Part shown: positions 1 to 9,633 of the stretch, piece by piece | How positions within the stretch are numbered: position 1 is the stretch's first letter | Layout: each line of letters opens with the position of its first letter | NCBI GenBank assembly: GCA_026993075.1 | Contig: JALWUQ010000054.1 | Coordinates: forward strand, 60,676-124,675 | Reading direction: 5' to 3' | DNA length: 64,000 nucleotides | Source: Campylobacteraceae bacterium | GTDB taxonomy: Bacteria; Campylobacterota; Campylobacteria; Campylobacterales; JALSKU01 | Made by a program: the position numbers and the translations under genes | The notes under the pieces: model-generated | The model's input: only the letters and a program-made list of their open reading frames with translations | What the model was told of the DNA's origin: nothing | Database searches by the model: none

Positions 1-104
1 AAATCATCGGTATCAACAGCAAAATAATCACTTTGTTTAAAAAGTTCTCTAGCAACACTACCCTTTCCGACACCCATAAAACCTATCAAAACAATATTAT
101 TCAC
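1..104 (-). CDS. aroK: shikimate kinase, N-terminal fragment (gene runs off the left edge)
   Basis: Reverse complement of 1-104 reads (GTG)NNIVLIGFMGVGKGSVARELFKQSDYFAVDTDD, the P-loop N-terminus typical of AroK. GGAG lies 6 nt upstream of the GTG at 104-102. Too short to appear in the ORF track. Confidence 0.6.
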   Translation of the reverse strand, partial: MNNIVLIGFMGVGKGSVARELFKQSDYFAVDTDD

Positions 105-125
105 CCAAACCTCCAAAAGACCAAT

Positions 126-734
126 TTACAATTCCACGACTTGCACTACTTTATCAAAATTATCTACAAGTATCTTTTTCACTCTATTTTGCCAAAGAGT
201 TCCAAACTCCTCTCTTTCCTCTTTTATAGCACTGTTTTGCATAACTTTTTGCATCAATACTTGCTGTTTTGGATCACTTTGTACGATACTTGGATCATAA
301 AATACATCTACACTTTTACCCGTATCAACTCTGGTAAATCTGGCTGCTGAGCTTATAGAAGCATTGAAAAACATTAAAGAATGCCTTGCAAATTTTCCAC
401 CAAGCCCCTTAAATCCACTCTTAGAAGTAGCTCCTGTTATATTTGTTATAACATTTGCTATGACTCCGGTAACACCATCTTCTAAGCTTTCTTTAAATTC
501 AACTTTTATCTCACCTCTAACCGGCAAAGAATCAGGATATAATGCTTTTAATGCATGATAACTCATAGCATAAGCACCGGCAACTGTTGGACAGCTATGA
601 CCGGCAGCTTTCACTAATTGAATATACATAAAGTCTATCTTACCGTCTTTAAAAGTTCCTAATAACTCAGCTAAAGGATCATAAGTCTCAATCACGGGCA
701 CTTGTTTAAAAAATTTTGGAAATTCCATCATCAT
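126..734 (-). CDS. FmdE-like domain protein, function unknown
   Basis: 202-aa ORF. The AAGHSCPTVAGAY segment resembles the HxCPG motif of the FmdE family. It overlaps the upstream ORF by 4 nt (ATGA), implying an operon. Confidence 0.5.
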   Translation of the reverse strand: MMMEFPKFFKQVPVIETYDPLAELLGTFKDGKIDFMYIQLVKAAGHSCPTVAGAYAMSYHALKALYPDSLPVRGEIKVEFKESLEDGVTGVIANVITNITGATSKSGFKGLGGKFARHSLMFFNASISSAARFTRVDTGKSVDVFYDPSIVQSDPKQQVLMQKVMQNSAIKEEREEFGTLWQNRVKKILVDNFDKVVQVVEL

Positions 735-1033
735 AATGCTCCTAATGCTTTTTTTACTTCATCACTTGCCAATCCTATATTCCAGGCCGGCTCCCAAACT
801 ATCTCAACTTCACATTCATTTATACCATCAATTTTCTCCACCGCATCTTTTGTCCATTGTTTCATCATCTCATGAAGAGGACAGCCTCTAGTTGAAAGTG
901 TCATAGTAACTTTTACTTTATCTTCATTTATGTCAATACCGTAAATAAGTCCCAATGAATAAATATCAAATCCAACCTCAGGATCAACTACAGTTTTAAT
1001 TGCATCTTCTACCATCTGTTTTGTTACAGCCAT
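731..1033 (-). CDS. DUF59 / SufT-MIP18-like Fe-S assembly family protein
   Basis: 100 aa. VVDPEVGFDIYSLGLIY and TLSTRGCPL are the hallmark DUF59 motifs. Confidence 0.75.
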   Translation of the reverse strand: MAVTKQMVEDAIKTVVDPEVGFDIYSLGLIYGIDINEDKVKVTMTLSTRGCPLHEMMKQWTKDAVEKIDGINECEVEIVWEPAWNIGLASDEVKKALGAL

Positions 1034-1048
1034 TTTTTACCTCCAAAA

Positions 1049-2308
1049 TTATCTTAATTTATCAAGCCCATATACTAATGTATAATATATGTTATAAATC
1101 ACCAACAAAGTAGCAACAGCCATTAATACAGCTCCCGCTACAAACAATATATTTATCTTAAAACCTATCGCGATACTACAAGCTACAACGCCAACGGCAG
1201 TTATCCAAAATTGTACATCAGCTACTTTTTCTTTTACCATTTCATTTAGCATAGGTACTTTTATCTTTCCTACAAGTGGAGAATATCTCTGATACCAAAC
1301 TAAAAAAGGTAAAATCTTATAAATATGCCCCACTATAAAAAAGACAAAGAAGCCAAAAAACAGCATAAACCCAAATAATATGTATAAAACCTGACTACTA
1401 AAAACTATTGCAAATATTAATATGACTAAAGATAATATCAAAGATACAAATGAAGCTATCATATTTTTTGCCCAAAAGTCATTTTGTTTTCTAATTCTTG
1501 AAGTAAAAATTAACCACATTTGATATAAAGCTAAAATAATGGAAAATCCTATAAAACCAACTCCTGCATATTTTAATATATCTATTTTTATAAATATAGA
1601 ACTTATAAAAAGCAGTAATCCTAAAATAACTGTATAAAATGCTATATTTATCGCCTTTTCACTAAAACCATGAGATAAAGAGAACATTGGCAGGAGTATC
1701 ATTCCAATCCCCATGATAGTCATCAAAATATACCCTACTATTACAGACGATATATGCAAAGTAACCAAAGGAATTATATGTGCATCAAACCCATACACCA
1801 AATCCAATGCAATAAAAAAACCTATACTTACTCCTATAAGTAAAAATATATTTGACACCAAAATAAATTTGGCGGTTATACTCCAAGTCTCAATATTTTT
1901 ATATGTTAAAAATACATTTACTATGAAAATCAACATAGCAATATACATCATCATAGCACCATAAGGTAATAAATTCATAAATCCTTTCCCAAGTGCAAAT
2001 GAAAAAATAACAACACCAATTACAAAAAGATAAAATTGAATATAGGCAAAATCTTTTGAAAATATGGGTATTTCAAGTACAACCGGTATCAATTGATACA
2101 TCGCACCAAAGATAATCATCATAATAAAACCTAAAAGAAACAGATGCATAAGAGATGCGATAGCAGTAGATAAGAAAAATGTACTTAAATCTCCTGCATA
2201 AAAAGGCAATAAAAACGAAGTTATTGTATAAAATATCGCTCCGGCAATAAAATAATGGGCCACCAGAATAAAAGGAGGCGCCATTTCAGTTGCTAAGTTT
2301 TTTGCCAT
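1049..2308 (-). CDS. polytopic membrane protein of about 12 TM, unknown function (distantly heme-copper oxidase subunit I / NnrS-like by eye)
   Basis: 419 aa, almost entirely hydrophobic helices. It has a recurrent pattern of His followed by Gly and Pro (HLFLLGFIMMIIFGAMYQLIP, LHISSVIVGYILMTIMGIGMILLP, VGHIYKILPF). Confidence 0.45.
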   Translation of the reverse strand: MAKNLATEMAPPFILVAHYFIAGAIFYTITSFLLPFYAGDLSTFFLSTAIASLMHLFLLGFIMMIIFGAMYQLIPVVLEIPIFSKDFAYIQFYLFVIGVVIFSFALGKGFMNLLPYGAMMMYIAMLIFIVNVFLTYKNIETWSITAKFILVSNIFLLIGVSIGFFIALDLVYGFDAHIIPLVTLHISSVIVGYILMTIMGIGMILLPMFSLSHGFSEKAINIAFYTVILGLLLFISSIFIKIDILKYAGVGFIGFSIILALYQMWLIFTSRIRKQNDFWAKNMIASFVSLILSLVILIFAIVFSSQVLYILFGFMLFFGFFVFFIVGHIYKILPFLVWYQRYSPLVGKIKVPMLNEMVKEKVADVQFWITAVGVVACSIAIGFKINILFVAGAVLMAVATLLVIYNIYYTLVYGLDKLR

Positions 2309-2311
2309 TTT

Positions 2312-2668
2312 TTATCCGTGGCAGTTACTGTCATTAAAATCTGTTTTATCAGTCGGATTATCTTTTAATGAAAATATTAATTTTACTTTACCATCAAATT
2401 CTTTTGACTCTATTTCAAATTCACCTTCAATTTTTGGTAAAAGTCCCATTGGTTTTTTATGATTTATCATAATAACTTTTGTATTTTTATTTTTAACTTG
2501 TTTTAATGCAAGCATTGCATTTACCATAGGTTCCGGTGGCCCACATCTGCTCGTATCAAATTCTATATAGCTAGTATCGCCTACTGTATATTCATAAAAA
2601 GGTACCGTAGCACCTTCAATATTTACCTCTTTTGCATCCTCCGGTATAGAAATTTCAAATTCAGACAT
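2312..2668 (-). CDS. DUF2249-like small protein with a TusA-like CPxP motif
   Basis: 118 aa. FDTSRCGPPEPMVNAMLAL resembles the DxxGxxCPxP helix-capping motif of TusA/DUF2249. It sits 3 nt upstream of the membrane-protein ORF. Confidence 0.45.
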   Translation of the reverse strand: MSEFEISIPEDAKEVNIEGATVPFYEYTVGDTSYIEFDTSRCGPPEPMVNAMLALKQVKNKNTKVIMINHKKPMGLLPKIEGEFEIESKEFDGKVKLIFSLKDNPTDKTDFNDSNCHG

Positions 2669-2726
2669 ATTTACTCCTATTTTAATTTTATGGAATTATA
2701 TCATTTTTAAAAATAATTACCTTGAT

Positions 2727-3182
2727 TTAAATCAAGTTTCTAATTTTAATTGCATACCATAAAATTCCAAGATTTAAAGTAAAAATAGCTAAAGAAGTTG
2801 CTCTAGAAATAAGTTTTTCTTTTATCTTTCTCTCTCTTCCGTGTGCTTTTAAAGAGATATACATATGTATTATTGTAGAAATGGTTATCAGTGTTACCAT
2901 TGTTATTTTGACATAAAAGTCTTGAGCTAACTGCATTTGGGGATGAGCTAAAATAGTACCGATATGCAAAGCATGTATAAAATATCCTCCAGTTAACAGC
3001 AGAATAGTTAATACAATAGCTTCAAAGTATCCATAAAACGGACCTATATGATAATATACCACAGTTTGAACTTCCTTGTCTTTAAAATAAAGACCCATGC
3101 CAAAAAGCAAAATTGACCCACCAATCCAAGCAGAAGCTGCAAGAATATGCAGAAAAAGAATAATTTGAAATAACAAAAACAA
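2727..3182 (-). CDS. small 4-TM membrane protein (CopD-like/DUF2214-like)
   Basis: 151 aa with four hydrophobic spans. It uses a TTG start with a poor SD, so the start is uncertain. Confidence 0.4.
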   Translation of the reverse strand: MFLLFQIILFLHILAASAWIGGSILLFGMGLYFKDKEVQTVVYYHIGPFYGYFEAIVLTILLLTGGYFIHALHIGTILAHPQMQLAQDFYVKITMVTLITISTIIHMYISLKAHGRERKIKEKLISRATSLAIFTLNLGILWYAIKIRNLI

Positions 3183-3244
3183 CCCTTCAGAAAATAAAGA
3201 GAATTATACCCAATAATTGATAATTAAAAATTAAAAATTAAAAA

Positions 3245-4162
3245 TTAATCATAAAGACCGCTACTTAGATATCTCTCGCCTGTATCACAAAGTATCGTAA
3301 TTATATTTTTACCTCTATTTTCTTCTTTGGAGCCAATAATTTTTGATGCATATACATTTGCACCAGAAGAAATACCAACCAATAACCCCTCTTCTTTAGC
3401 TAAGTTTTTAGCCATTTTTATAGCATCATCAAATTCTACTTCAAATATTTCATCATATATATTTGTATTTAATATCGCAGGAATAAAACCTGCTCCTATT
3501 CCTTGTATTTTATGAGGTCCGGCTTTTCCGCCAGAAAGTACTGGTGAGTCCTTGGGCTCAACTGCGATTATCTTAATATTGGGATTGTATCTTTTCAAAA
3601 CCTCGCCTATACCGGTTATTGTTCCTCCTGTACCGACTGATGCGATAAAAATATCTATTTTTCCATCAGTATCTTTTATAATTTCTTTTGAAGTTGACTG
3701 AATATGGGCTTGAGGATTGGCAGGATTCTCAAATTGACTTGGAATAAAAGAGTTTTCAATATCTTCAGCTAATAAAATTGCTTTTTCGATTGATCCTTTC
3801 ATGCCCAATTCTGGCTTAGTCAATATAAGTTTAGCCCCTAGTCCGGCAAGTAATTTTCTACGCTCTAAACTCATTGAGCTAGGCATAGTGAGGATAAGCT
3901 TGATTCCCAATGATGCACATACACTTGCCAAAGCAATACCCGTATTGCCGCTCGTTGCCTCAATAATAGTAGAATCTTTATTAATTATATTTTTTTTAAG
4001 TGCATCAAGTATCATATTTGATCCAATTCTATCTTTCACAGAATGTGTGGGATTTAAAAACTCACATTTTCCTATAATATTTGCCCCAGATATTGTCGAT
4101 ACACTATTTAACTTTATAAGAGGAGTATTCCCTATAAGTTCTGTAATATTATTTGCTATCAT
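3245..4162 (-). CDS. cysK: cysteine synthase A (O-acetylserine sulfhydrylase)
   Basis: 305 aa. PLP-lysine motif SVKDRIG, TSGNTGIALA and GTGGTITG are present. Confidence 0.92.
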   Translation of the reverse strand: MIANNITELIGNTPLIKLNSVSTISGANIIGKCEFLNPTHSVKDRIGSNMILDALKKNIINKDSTIIEATSGNTGIALASVCASLGIKLILTMPSSMSLERRKLLAGLGAKLILTKPELGMKGSIEKAILLAEDIENSFIPSQFENPANPQAHIQSTSKEIIKDTDGKIDIFIASVGTGGTITGIGEVLKRYNPNIKIIAVEPKDSPVLSGGKAGPHKIQGIGAGFIPAILNTNIYDEIFEVEFDDAIKMAKNLAKEEGLLVGISSGANVYASKIIGSKEENRGKNIITILCDTGERYLSSGLYD

Positions 4163-4163
4163 T

Positions 4164-5432
4164 TTATTCTCCTAATGCTTGAGATAAATCTCCTATCAAA
4201 TCCTTACTATCTTCTAATCCTATACTTAGTCTTATAAGAGATGGATTTATTCCGGCTTTTTTCAATTCTTCGCTTGAAAGCTGTTGATGAGTAGTGCTTG
4301 CTGGATGGGTAATAATTGATTTGCTATCACCTATATTTACAACAATAGTAAATATTTTCGTACCATTTATAACTTTTACAGCTTCATCAAAATCTTCAAC
4401 TTCAAACCCTAAAAGTCCACTACTTAGCCCTTCTTTAAAATATTTTTGAGCTTTTTGGTGCATCAAGTCACTTGTAAGACCAGGATAGAATACTTTTTTA
4501 ACTTTTGAATGTTTTGATAAAAACCTTGCTACTTCGAGTGCATTTTCAGAATGTTTTTTCATTCTTATATTTAAAGTTTCCAATCCTTGAGTCAAAAGCC
4601 AGGAATTAAATGGTGAAGGCGCAGTTCCAATATCTCTTATAAGAGCCAATCTGACTCTTAAAGTAAAAAGTGGGAGTGGGACATCACTATACACGAGTCC
4701 ATGGTAACTCTCATCGGGTTCATTAAAATGATAATACCTTGGATTATCTTTTATAAGTTCGACTAACTTTGCTCTCTCAATAATAATACCGCCAAGAGCA
4801 GTTCCTTGTCCTATTGTATACTTACTAGTACTATGAACAACTATATCTACTCCCCATTTTATTGGGTTAAAAAGTGCTGCACTTGCTACTGTATTATCAC
4901 AAATTGTAATAATTTTATGTTTTGTAGCAATTTGAACTATTTTTTCAATATCCGGTATTGAAATTTGAGGATTTGAAAGAGATTCAAAAATTATAGTTTT
5001 TGTTTTTTCATCAATTAAACTTTCCAAATCTTCTGCATTATCATTTGAAAAAGTCCTAGCTTCAATTCCAAATCTCTTTAGAGTATGCATACAAAGAGTT
5101 ACAGTACCTCCATAAAGCTTATCTGAAATAAGTATATTATCTCCAGATTCTGCAACATTTGCGATAGAATTAAACAGTGCTGCCATTCCGCTAGAAGTAG
5201 CAACCGCACCGGCTCCGCCCTCATAAGCGGCAAACCTTGACTCAAATACATCAGTTGTTGGATTATTTAATCTTGTATAAATTGACCCTAACTCTTTAAG
5301 AGCAAATAAATCTGCCGCTTGTTTAGCGTCTTTAAAAGAATATGCAGTCGTTTGGTATATTGGAGATGCCATTGTTCTCTCACCTTTTTTATTATCATAA
5401 CCATAATGGATTCCAATTGTTTCTTTTTCCAT
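4164..5432 (-). CDS. metY: O-acetylhomoserine sulfhydrylase (PLP-dependent)
   Basis: 422 aa of the Cys/Met-metabolism PLP family. HSTSKYTIGQG carries the PLP lysine and the N-terminus is typical of MetY. Its stop lies 1 nt from the cysK start. Confidence 0.88.
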   Translation of the reverse strand: MEKETIGIHYGYDNKKGERTMASPIYQTTAYSFKDAKQAADLFALKELGSIYTRLNNPTTDVFESRFAAYEGGAGAVATSSGMAALFNSIANVAESGDNILISDKLYGGTVTLCMHTLKRFGIEARTFSNDNAEDLESLIDEKTKTIIFESLSNPQISIPDIEKIVQIATKHKIITICDNTVASAALFNPIKWGVDIVVHSTSKYTIGQGTALGGIIIERAKLVELIKDNPRYYHFNEPDESYHGLVYSDVPLPLFTLRVRLALIRDIGTAPSPFNSWLLTQGLETLNIRMKKHSENALEVARFLSKHSKVKKVFYPGLTSDLMHQKAQKYFKEGLSSGLLGFEVEDFDEAVKVINGTKIFTIVVNIGDSKSIITHPASTTHQQLSSEELKKAGINPSLIRLSIGLEDSKDLIGDLSQALGE

Positions 5433-5581
5433 TTAATAACTCCAATTTAAAAATTAATGAGACACTACACGATATAAACACTCATAATTATAATGATACC
5501 TTATTACTTTTTAAAAGTCAAGTAAACCAGTAGAGATAGTAATATTTATTTTTTCAATGACCTTATAATTGAGATAATTAA

Positions 5582-5932
5582 CAGGTGTAGCGATAAGCCG
5601 GATTTTGTCATTGGATGATTATTCATCTACATCTTTACTTTACAGTAAGATTTTAGCGAAGAGTATCAATATGAGACTAAACCATCTCTTCTTGCTACAG
5701 GTTGGGTTTACATAGCAACTTAAGTTACCTTAAGTTCTGGTGGTCTCTTACACCGCCGTTTCACCGTAACCTGCCCACACTTTTATAGCATGAACTGGCT
5801 GTTTGCTTTCTGTTGCACTATCCCTAAGATTACTCCTGTCGTCTGTTAGACGAAACCTTGTCTCATAATAGCCCGGACTTTCCTCTTGCCCATACTTTTA
5901 GAGTATACACAAGCAATCATCTGCTACACCTA
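5582..5932 (-). ncRNA. rnpB: RNase P RNA, bacterial type A
   Basis: The minus strand contains GAGGAAAGTCCGGGCT, GTGCAACAGAAAGCAAACAGCC, GGTGAAACGGCGGTGTAAGAGACCACC and the 3' block AGATGAATAATCATCCAATGACAAAATCCGGCTTATCGCTACACCT. P1 pairs AGGTGTAGC with GCTACACCT. Confidence 0.93.
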
Positions 5933-5950
5933 TTTTGACATTATAGCTAA

Positions 5951-7333
5951 TTATCTATTTTTTTCAAAATAGCTAACAACACCGTTTGCAATACCTTTGG
6001 CCAATAAACTTTCATAATATGGATTAAAAAGTCTTCTTGCTTCTGTTGGATTTGTTATATAACCGGTTTCAATCAATATAGCAGGCATTTGAGCTCCGAC
6101 TAAAACCCAAAATGGAGCCTTTCTTACGCCTCCATCGATTATATTGTATCTTTTTCTAACATTTTCCAAAATACCTCTTTGAACATCTATGGCTAATTTA
6201 TTTGATAATATTATTTTTTCTCTATTTAAAAAATTTAAGAAAACCTGTTTTGAATAATAATCCATATTACTCATAACGGCACGATTTTCCTGAGCAGAAA
6301 CTCTCTTAGCTCTGTTGCTTCTAGCTGGAGATAAAAAATAAGTCTCCACACCTTTTGCTGTTAAATATTGACTCTTTTTTGGCGCAGCATTTGCATGTAT
6401 AGATATAAAAAGATTAGCCTTTTTTATATTGGCAAAATGTGTTCTTGTTCTTAATGGTATAAATACATCTCTTGATCTTGTAAAAAAAACTTTGTATCCG
6501 TCTTCTCTTAAATACTGCCCAAGTTTTAGGGCGATTTTTAATACAGCATTTTTTTCTCTTAATTTTTTATATCCTATTGCACCCGTATCTTTTCCTCCAT
6601 GCCCTGGATCAATAACAATAATTTTTTTATGTACAATTGCAGAAGAAAAGTATCTGTTTGTATAATTTACAATATATTTTATTTTATTTTTTCTATCAAC
6701 TTTTATTATCATTTTATCTTTTTCAATACTTAATGTTGAGTTAATAGGATTGCTATCTTGAAGAACTATTCTAACTGTTTTTTTATTGAATTGGGATATT
6801 CTGATACTTTTAATGTTTTGCAAAGATAATCGCTTGGCCTTAAAAACAAGTATAGCTTTAACATCAAATACATCTCTGTATTTTTTGCGATTATTTAATT
6901 CAAAAAAATAAATATCTTTTTTTTGTACAGGTTTATTAAATGTCAATATAATTTTGTTATTATACTTAGATAAGGATCGAATTATCAATCTATTATTGCT
7001 TTTGGGACTCTTTTTCTTTTTATATCTATTTTGTGGTTTATCTGATTTTAAAAGCATTGATAATTCAACTTCATAATGTCTGTATTTTAGCTTAAGTATT
7101 TTAGAACACTCTATCAAACCTTTAATAGACGCTATTTGAGCCTTCTTGTTGTCATTTATAATTGACTTAATATAAAGATTTTTAATCTCATGATAAATTT
7201 TTACAGTCTGGAATCTATCTGAATGGTTTAATGCAGAAATATTACGATATATGGACTCATTAAGTGTTGCTGCACTTGCCAATACATAAGCAAATATCAA
7301 GATAGTTAATACTTGTTTTATTCTATTCCCCAT
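5951..7333 (-). CDS. amiA: N-acetylmuramoyl-L-alanine amidase (Amidase_3) with a long N-terminal domain
   Basis: 460 aa with a signal peptide. The C-terminal half has IVIDPGHGGKDTGAIG, FISIHANA and ILIETGYITN. Confidence 0.88.
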   Translation of the reverse strand: MGNRIKQVLTILIFAYVLASAATLNESIYRNISALNHSDRFQTVKIYHEIKNLYIKSIINDNKKAQIASIKGLIECSKILKLKYRHYEVELSMLLKSDKPQNRYKKKKSPKSNNRLIIRSLSKYNNKIILTFNKPVQKKDIYFFELNNRKKYRDVFDVKAILVFKAKRLSLQNIKSIRISQFNKKTVRIVLQDSNPINSTLSIEKDKMIIKVDRKNKIKYIVNYTNRYFSSAIVHKKIIVIDPGHGGKDTGAIGYKKLREKNAVLKIALKLGQYLREDGYKVFFTRSRDVFIPLRTRTHFANIKKANLFISIHANAAPKKSQYLTAKGVETYFLSPARSNRAKRVSAQENRAVMSNMDYYSKQVFLNFLNREKIILSNKLAIDVQRGILENVRKRYNIIDGGVRKAPFWVLVGAQMPAILIETGYITNPTEARRLFNPYYESLLAKGIANGVVSYFEKNR

Positions 7334-8414
7334 TTACCAACTTACTCATCAACTCTTTTACACTTATTTTTTTATTAAGCTTATATCCATTGCTTCCTGT
7401 AAAAAACAGTCCATTCTCTTTATCGCCCCTAAAAGCATCTGATAGTCTGTCTGCTATACAGTACCCAACCACCTTGGCCTCAACACCTCTATGGCAAGGA
7501 GATACACAATTACTTATACATTTTATCTTGGGAGCAGTTTTATTTTCTATCTTTGTAAATAAATTTGTTCTCACGCCACGGGCAGGATAACCGACAGGAG
7601 ATTTAAATAATTCAATATCCTCTTTTTTCGCATCAAACAAAACTTGCTTAAATTCATCACTTGCATCACATTCAAAAGTACCTATAAATCTAGTACCCAT
7701 CTGAACGCCACTGCATCCTAATGAAATAAATTTATCGATATCATTTTTATCCCAAATTCCACCAGCTGCAATAAGCGGAAAGTCTCCCCACTTTTTTATC
7801 TCTTCAAGTATCGGCGCTATCAAATTTTCAAGCTTATATTGATCATCTTGACATTGTTCATAGGTAAAACCCTGATGTCCTCCACTAAGAGGTCCTTCTA
7901 CTATAACTGCATCTGGAAGAATATTATATCTTTGCATCCATCTTTTACATATTATCTTAAGTGCCTTTGCCGAAGATACTATGGGAATCAAGGCAACATC
8001 AGGATAACCTTCAGTAAATTCAGGCATATTTGTAGGTAATCCTGCCCCGGTTATAATCATATCAGCTCCAGCTTCACAAGCATCTCTGACAGTATTTCCA
8101 TAATCATTTATAGCATATAAAACATTTGCACCAAGAGGAGCATTGCCACATATTTTCCTTGCATTTTTAAATATTTGCTTTAAAGAATCTTTTGAATAAA
8201 AGTTTGTTGTTTCAAAAGGTCTTCCGTTTATCTCTTTTTGAATATATTTTTTATTATTATAATATCCGGTACCGACTGAACTTATGATACCAAGTCCACC
8301 TTCTTTGCTAACATTTCCAGCCAACTGATCCCAGCTGATTCCAACTCCCATACCACCTTGAATAATTGGAATCTTAATCTTATGTTTTCCAATTTTAATA
8401 CTTTTATAAGACAT
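7323..8414 (-). CDS. nitronate monooxygenase / FabK-like FMN oxidoreductase
   Basis: 363 aa. PIIQGGMGVGIS, IAAGGIWD and GVQMGTRF indicate an NMO-family TIM barrel. Confidence 0.8.
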   Translation of the reverse strand: MSYKSIKIGKHKIKIPIIQGGMGVGISWDQLAGNVSKEGGLGIISSVGTGYYNNKKYIQKEINGRPFETTNFYSKDSLKQIFKNARKICGNAPLGANVLYAINDYGNTVRDACEAGADMIITGAGLPTNMPEFTEGYPDVALIPIVSSAKALKIICKRWMQRYNILPDAVIVEGPLSGGHQGFTYEQCQDDQYKLENLIAPILEEIKKWGDFPLIAAGGIWDKNDIDKFISLGCSGVQMGTRFIGTFECDASDEFKQVLFDAKKEDIELFKSPVGYPARGVRTNLFTKIENKTAPKIKCISNCVSPCHRGVEAKVVGYCIADRLSDAFRGDKENGLFFTGSNGYKLNKKISVKELMSKLVNGE

Positions 8415-9614
8415 TTATACAACCTTTATCTTAGCAAATTTTCTTTTCCCAACTTGCAAAACATACTCCCCTTTTCCAATTTGGTATTGCTCGTCAATAC
8501 ATTTTTTAGAATTAATTTTTACAGCACCTTGTTTTATATCTCTTCTTGCAGAAGAAGTTGAATTCTCAAGCTTAATTTCAGATAAAGCTTTTGCAATCCA
8601 AATCGGTCCTTCTAAAATAAATTCATCTATATCAGTGGGCAACTCTTTTTTTGAATGAATCCTCTCAAACTCTTGTCTTGCTTCATTTGCCTTATCTGAA
8701 GAATGATATCTCGTAATTATTTCCAATGACAGCATTTCCTTTACTTTTTTAGGATGCAATATACCGGATTTCACATCTTCATAAATCTTTTCAATCTCGT
8801 CTAAAGTTCTACTGCTCAATACTTCATAATACTTCCACATCAATTCATCACTGATACTTAGTATTTTACCGTACATATCATTTGGTTTATCTGTTATGCC
8901 TATATAATTGCCTAAAGATTTACTCATTTTATGAACCCCATCCAAACCTTCAAGTAATGGCATCATAATAACCGCCTGCTCCTTACCCGTTTTATAAGCT
9001 CTTTGTAAATGTCGCCCCATAAGCAAATTGAATTTTTGATCAGTCCCGCCAAGTTCTATATCACTCTTAAGTGCGACAGAATCGTAACCTTGCAACAATG
9101 GATATAAAAATTCACTAATGCTAATAGGTGCATTGGCTTTAAACCTTTTTTCAAAGTCTTCTCTTTCTAACATTCTAGAAACATTAAAAGTGGTTGTAAG
9201 CTCAAGCAATCCACTACTTCCCATATCGTTAAACCAAGAGGAATTGAAAACAATATTTGTTTTCTTAGGATCCAAAATCTTAAAAACCTGTTCTTCATAA
9301 GTTTTTGCATTTTTCAAAACAGTTTGTTTGTCTAATTTTTTTCTTGTTTCATTCTTTCCGGTAGGATCACCTATCAATCCGGTAAAATCTCCTATAACAA
9401 ACTGTACAATAGCTCCATATTTTTGCATTAGAGCCATCTTTTGGATAAGTACAGTATGCCCTAAATGAAGATCTGGAGCAGTGGGATCAAAACCTGCTTT
9501 TATATAATAATTTTCATTTTTTTCATAATAATTCTTTAAAAGTTGCAATATCCTTTCTTCATCTATTATCTCGCTGACGCCTCTTTTAATCTCTTCATAA
9601 GCTTTTTCTATCAT
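8415..9614 (-). CDS. tyrS: tyrosyl-tRNA synthetase
   Basis: 399 aa. The HIGH variant DLHLGH, KMSKS and a C-terminal S4-like domain are present. Confidence 0.93.
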   Translation of the reverse strand: MIEKAYEEIKRGVSEIIDEERILQLLKNYYEKNENYYIKAGFDPTAPDLHLGHTVLIQKMALMQKYGAIVQFVIGDFTGLIGDPTGKNETRKKLDKQTVLKNAKTYEEQVFKILDPKKTNIVFNSSWFNDMGSSGLLELTTTFNVSRMLEREDFEKRFKANAPISISEFLYPLLQGYDSVALKSDIELGGTDQKFNLLMGRHLQRAYKTGKEQAVIMMPLLEGLDGVHKMSKSLGNYIGITDKPNDMYGKILSISDELMWKYYEVLSSRTLDEIEKIYEDVKSGILHPKKVKEMLSLEIITRYHSSDKANEARQEFERIHSKKELPTDIDEFILEGPIWIAKALSEIKLENSTSSARRDIKQGAVKINSKKCIDEQYQIGKGEYVLQVGKRKFAKIKVV

Positions 9615-9633
9615 ACAAACCCTCTTTTTAAAA

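Noticed and set aside
5433-5581. Looked for a SAM (S-box) or other riboswitch in the metY-cysK leader.
   Set aside because: The 150-nt leader is AT-rich with no conserved S-box elements. Only a plausible TTGACT / TATAAT-type promoter is visible.
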